64,000 nt of DNA from the NCBI GenBank assembly GCA_963811105.1, contig CAWEPZ010000011.1, positions 896,001-960,000 on the forward strand. Direction: 5' to 3'. The translations under genes and the position numbers were made by a program. Below, piece after piece: positions 62,688 to 64,000 of this stretch (position 1 is its first letter; every line of letters starts with the position of its first letter). Under the pieces are notes generated by a model that saw only the letters and a program-made list of their open reading frames with translations, did not search any database and had not been told where the DNA came from. Origin of the DNA: Candidatus Bathyarchaeota archaeon. Its GTDB lineage: Archaea; Thermoproteota; Bathyarchaeia; Bathyarchaeales; Bathycorpusculaceae.

Positions 62688-63664
62688 GCAATTGTTTCCT
62701 CTTTATATTCTTCCATTTTTTCCACGAATTCATTCCATGTGGGTAACCCAGAAAGTCTGCGGACGCCTTTTGTTCTCAGAAATTCTATCATGGCATTGAT
62801 TTGAGAACTTAAGTCGTACCAAACTGCCTCATTCAATAAGTAGTCTTTATCGATATTCTTTAGTTGTCTCTTCAAAAGCAAAAGGCTGTACGTGGTGTAG
62901 CGAACATTCTCTTTTTCGATGAGAAGTGTATGAAGTATTACATCTTCAAGGCCGATGTGCTTGGGTTTCTTAGAATAAAAGTAAACATCGAAGTCTGATA
63001 CTAATTGTATGCCATAATCAGCCAAGCGTGAGGTGGCTGTCAGGGTAAATCTTCTCTGATAGACTTCTTTAGTTTTGGGTACTCTTATCAGAAACTCAAA
63101 ATCCTTCTGCCATAGGGTAACCGCCTGTGAGGAAAAAGAACTGATAATTTTCTCAACTATGAACCTCTGATATTCTTCCAGGAACTCTTTCAAAAGAGAA
63201 AATCGTTCATTTATTTGACAGTGTTTGTCGCCGGATGTAATTATTCCAATCTCCATAAATTGCTTGAGGTATCTCCAGATCGTGACGGGCGATGCAACCT
63301 CCGAAATGTTACCGGAATCTGTTAGCAATTGAAAAAGTAAGTCGATTCTTAGGCCCGACAAAATGCCTTCCCATTTAATATGGGAGTATCTATTTAGAAG
63401 TTCTTTCAAGAGTACAGCATGCTTCGTATCTTGGAAGAAAATGCTTTTTTTAGAGTTTTTGAAGTTCTTTTCAGTTTCATGTGATGTCTTTTCGATTTTT
63501 ATTAGCCCTTTTTCTTGAAGCATTTTAAGGTAATGTGTAAGAAGATTTGGCTTGATTGAGAGGTTCTCTCTTACCGCAGAAAGGCTATGGTTGTCTCGGG
63601 CAATCTCCTTTGCAATTTTTATTTCTGCCTCGCTTAGGGTGTATCTTTCTTTTTTTGTTTTCAC
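62684..63664 (-). CDS. Winged-HTH regulator/antitoxin partner of the nucleotidyltransferase
   Basis: N-terminal HTH (LTHYLKMLQEKGLI), LTATSRLADYGI and LPTWNEF; 4-nt overlap with the NTase gene. Confidence 0.72.
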   Translation of the reverse strand: MKTKKERYTLSEAEIKIAKEIARDNHSLSAVRENLSIKPNLLTHYLKMLQEKGLIKIEKTSHETEKNFKNSKKSIFFQDTKHAVLLKELLNRYSHIKWEGILSGLRIDLLFQLLTDSGNISEVASPVTIWRYLKQFMEIGIITSGDKHCQINERFSLLKEFLEEYQRFIVEKIISSFSSQAVTLWQKDFEFLIRVPKTKEVYQRRFTLTATSRLADYGIQLVSDFDVYFYSKKPKHIGLEDVILHTLLIEKENVRYTTYSLLLLKRQLKNIDKDYLLNEAVWYDLSSQINAMIEFLRTKGVRRLSGLPTWNEFVEKMEEYKEETIA

Positions 63665-64000
63665 GTTATTTAATATAATTGAACTATCTTATAAGTATTT
63701 CAAAAATATGAAATGCTGTTCACTAGATGTAGTTATTATAATAACAACATCAATTGAAACGCCTTTCACATAATTGAAAAACCAAAAAGGGACATATTAT
63801 TATAATAATAAGGCATGATTAATTATGAATCGGTTGCTATCCTTGGCTTAATTCTGACCTTAGGACCTTTTCCAACTTCTTTCAAAACAGGCTTTAAAGT
63901 GTAATAAAAGCTATAGACATAACCCCCCAATGTAGCAATATTCCTCTCTTCAAGCCAATTCTTCTGGTTCTTTTGGTTGAATTCGCTTATTGAGTTAGCG

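Larger units (their letters stand above)
36780..63664. mobile_element. Defence island (boundaries approximate)
   Basis: Contiguous run of helicase, methylase, nuclease and TA-like genes with no housekeeping genes. No att ends were identified. Confidence 0.6.

Noticed and set aside
1-64000. CRISPR array, rRNA, IS transposase, reverse transcriptase/DGR
   Set aside because: No regularly spaced repeats, rRNA signatures, DDE transposase motifs or YxDD RT motifs were found by eye.

Overview
Archaeal accessory region, probably Bathyarchaeia. This is inferred from the TFB gene, GGTGA/GGAGG ribosome-binding sites, frequent TTG starts, PEF-CTERM-type anchors and three paralogous ~850-aa secreted beta-propeller proteins. 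From left to right it holds: a tyrosine recombinase running off the window start (missed by the ORF track); secreted proteins; cimA; TFB; a ComEC-like nuclease; a GT4 plus glgB glycogen pair; a tusA-iscS-iscU-TRASH-dsrE sulfur-relay operon; four type II toxin-antitoxin (TA) modules; and a ~27-kb defence island (36.8-63.7 kb). The island core is SNF2 helicase, adenine methylase and a YprA/DUF1998 helicase (DISARM/ARMADA-like), with two UvrD helicases, EVE-, SRA- and NucS-like nucleases and an AbiE-like pair. Two patterns are not explained by gene annotation. First, five same-orientation fragments of the 4-oxalocrotonate tautomerase gene; four of them alternate one-for-one with three TA modules. 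Second, a ~55-85 bp non-coding element found four times: once directly upstream of the integrase and three times bracketing single orphan ORFs. Many genes carry single-base frameshifts, probably at least partly sequencing error. All product calls come from motifs read by eye; no searches were run. No rRNA, tRNA or CRISPR array was seen.
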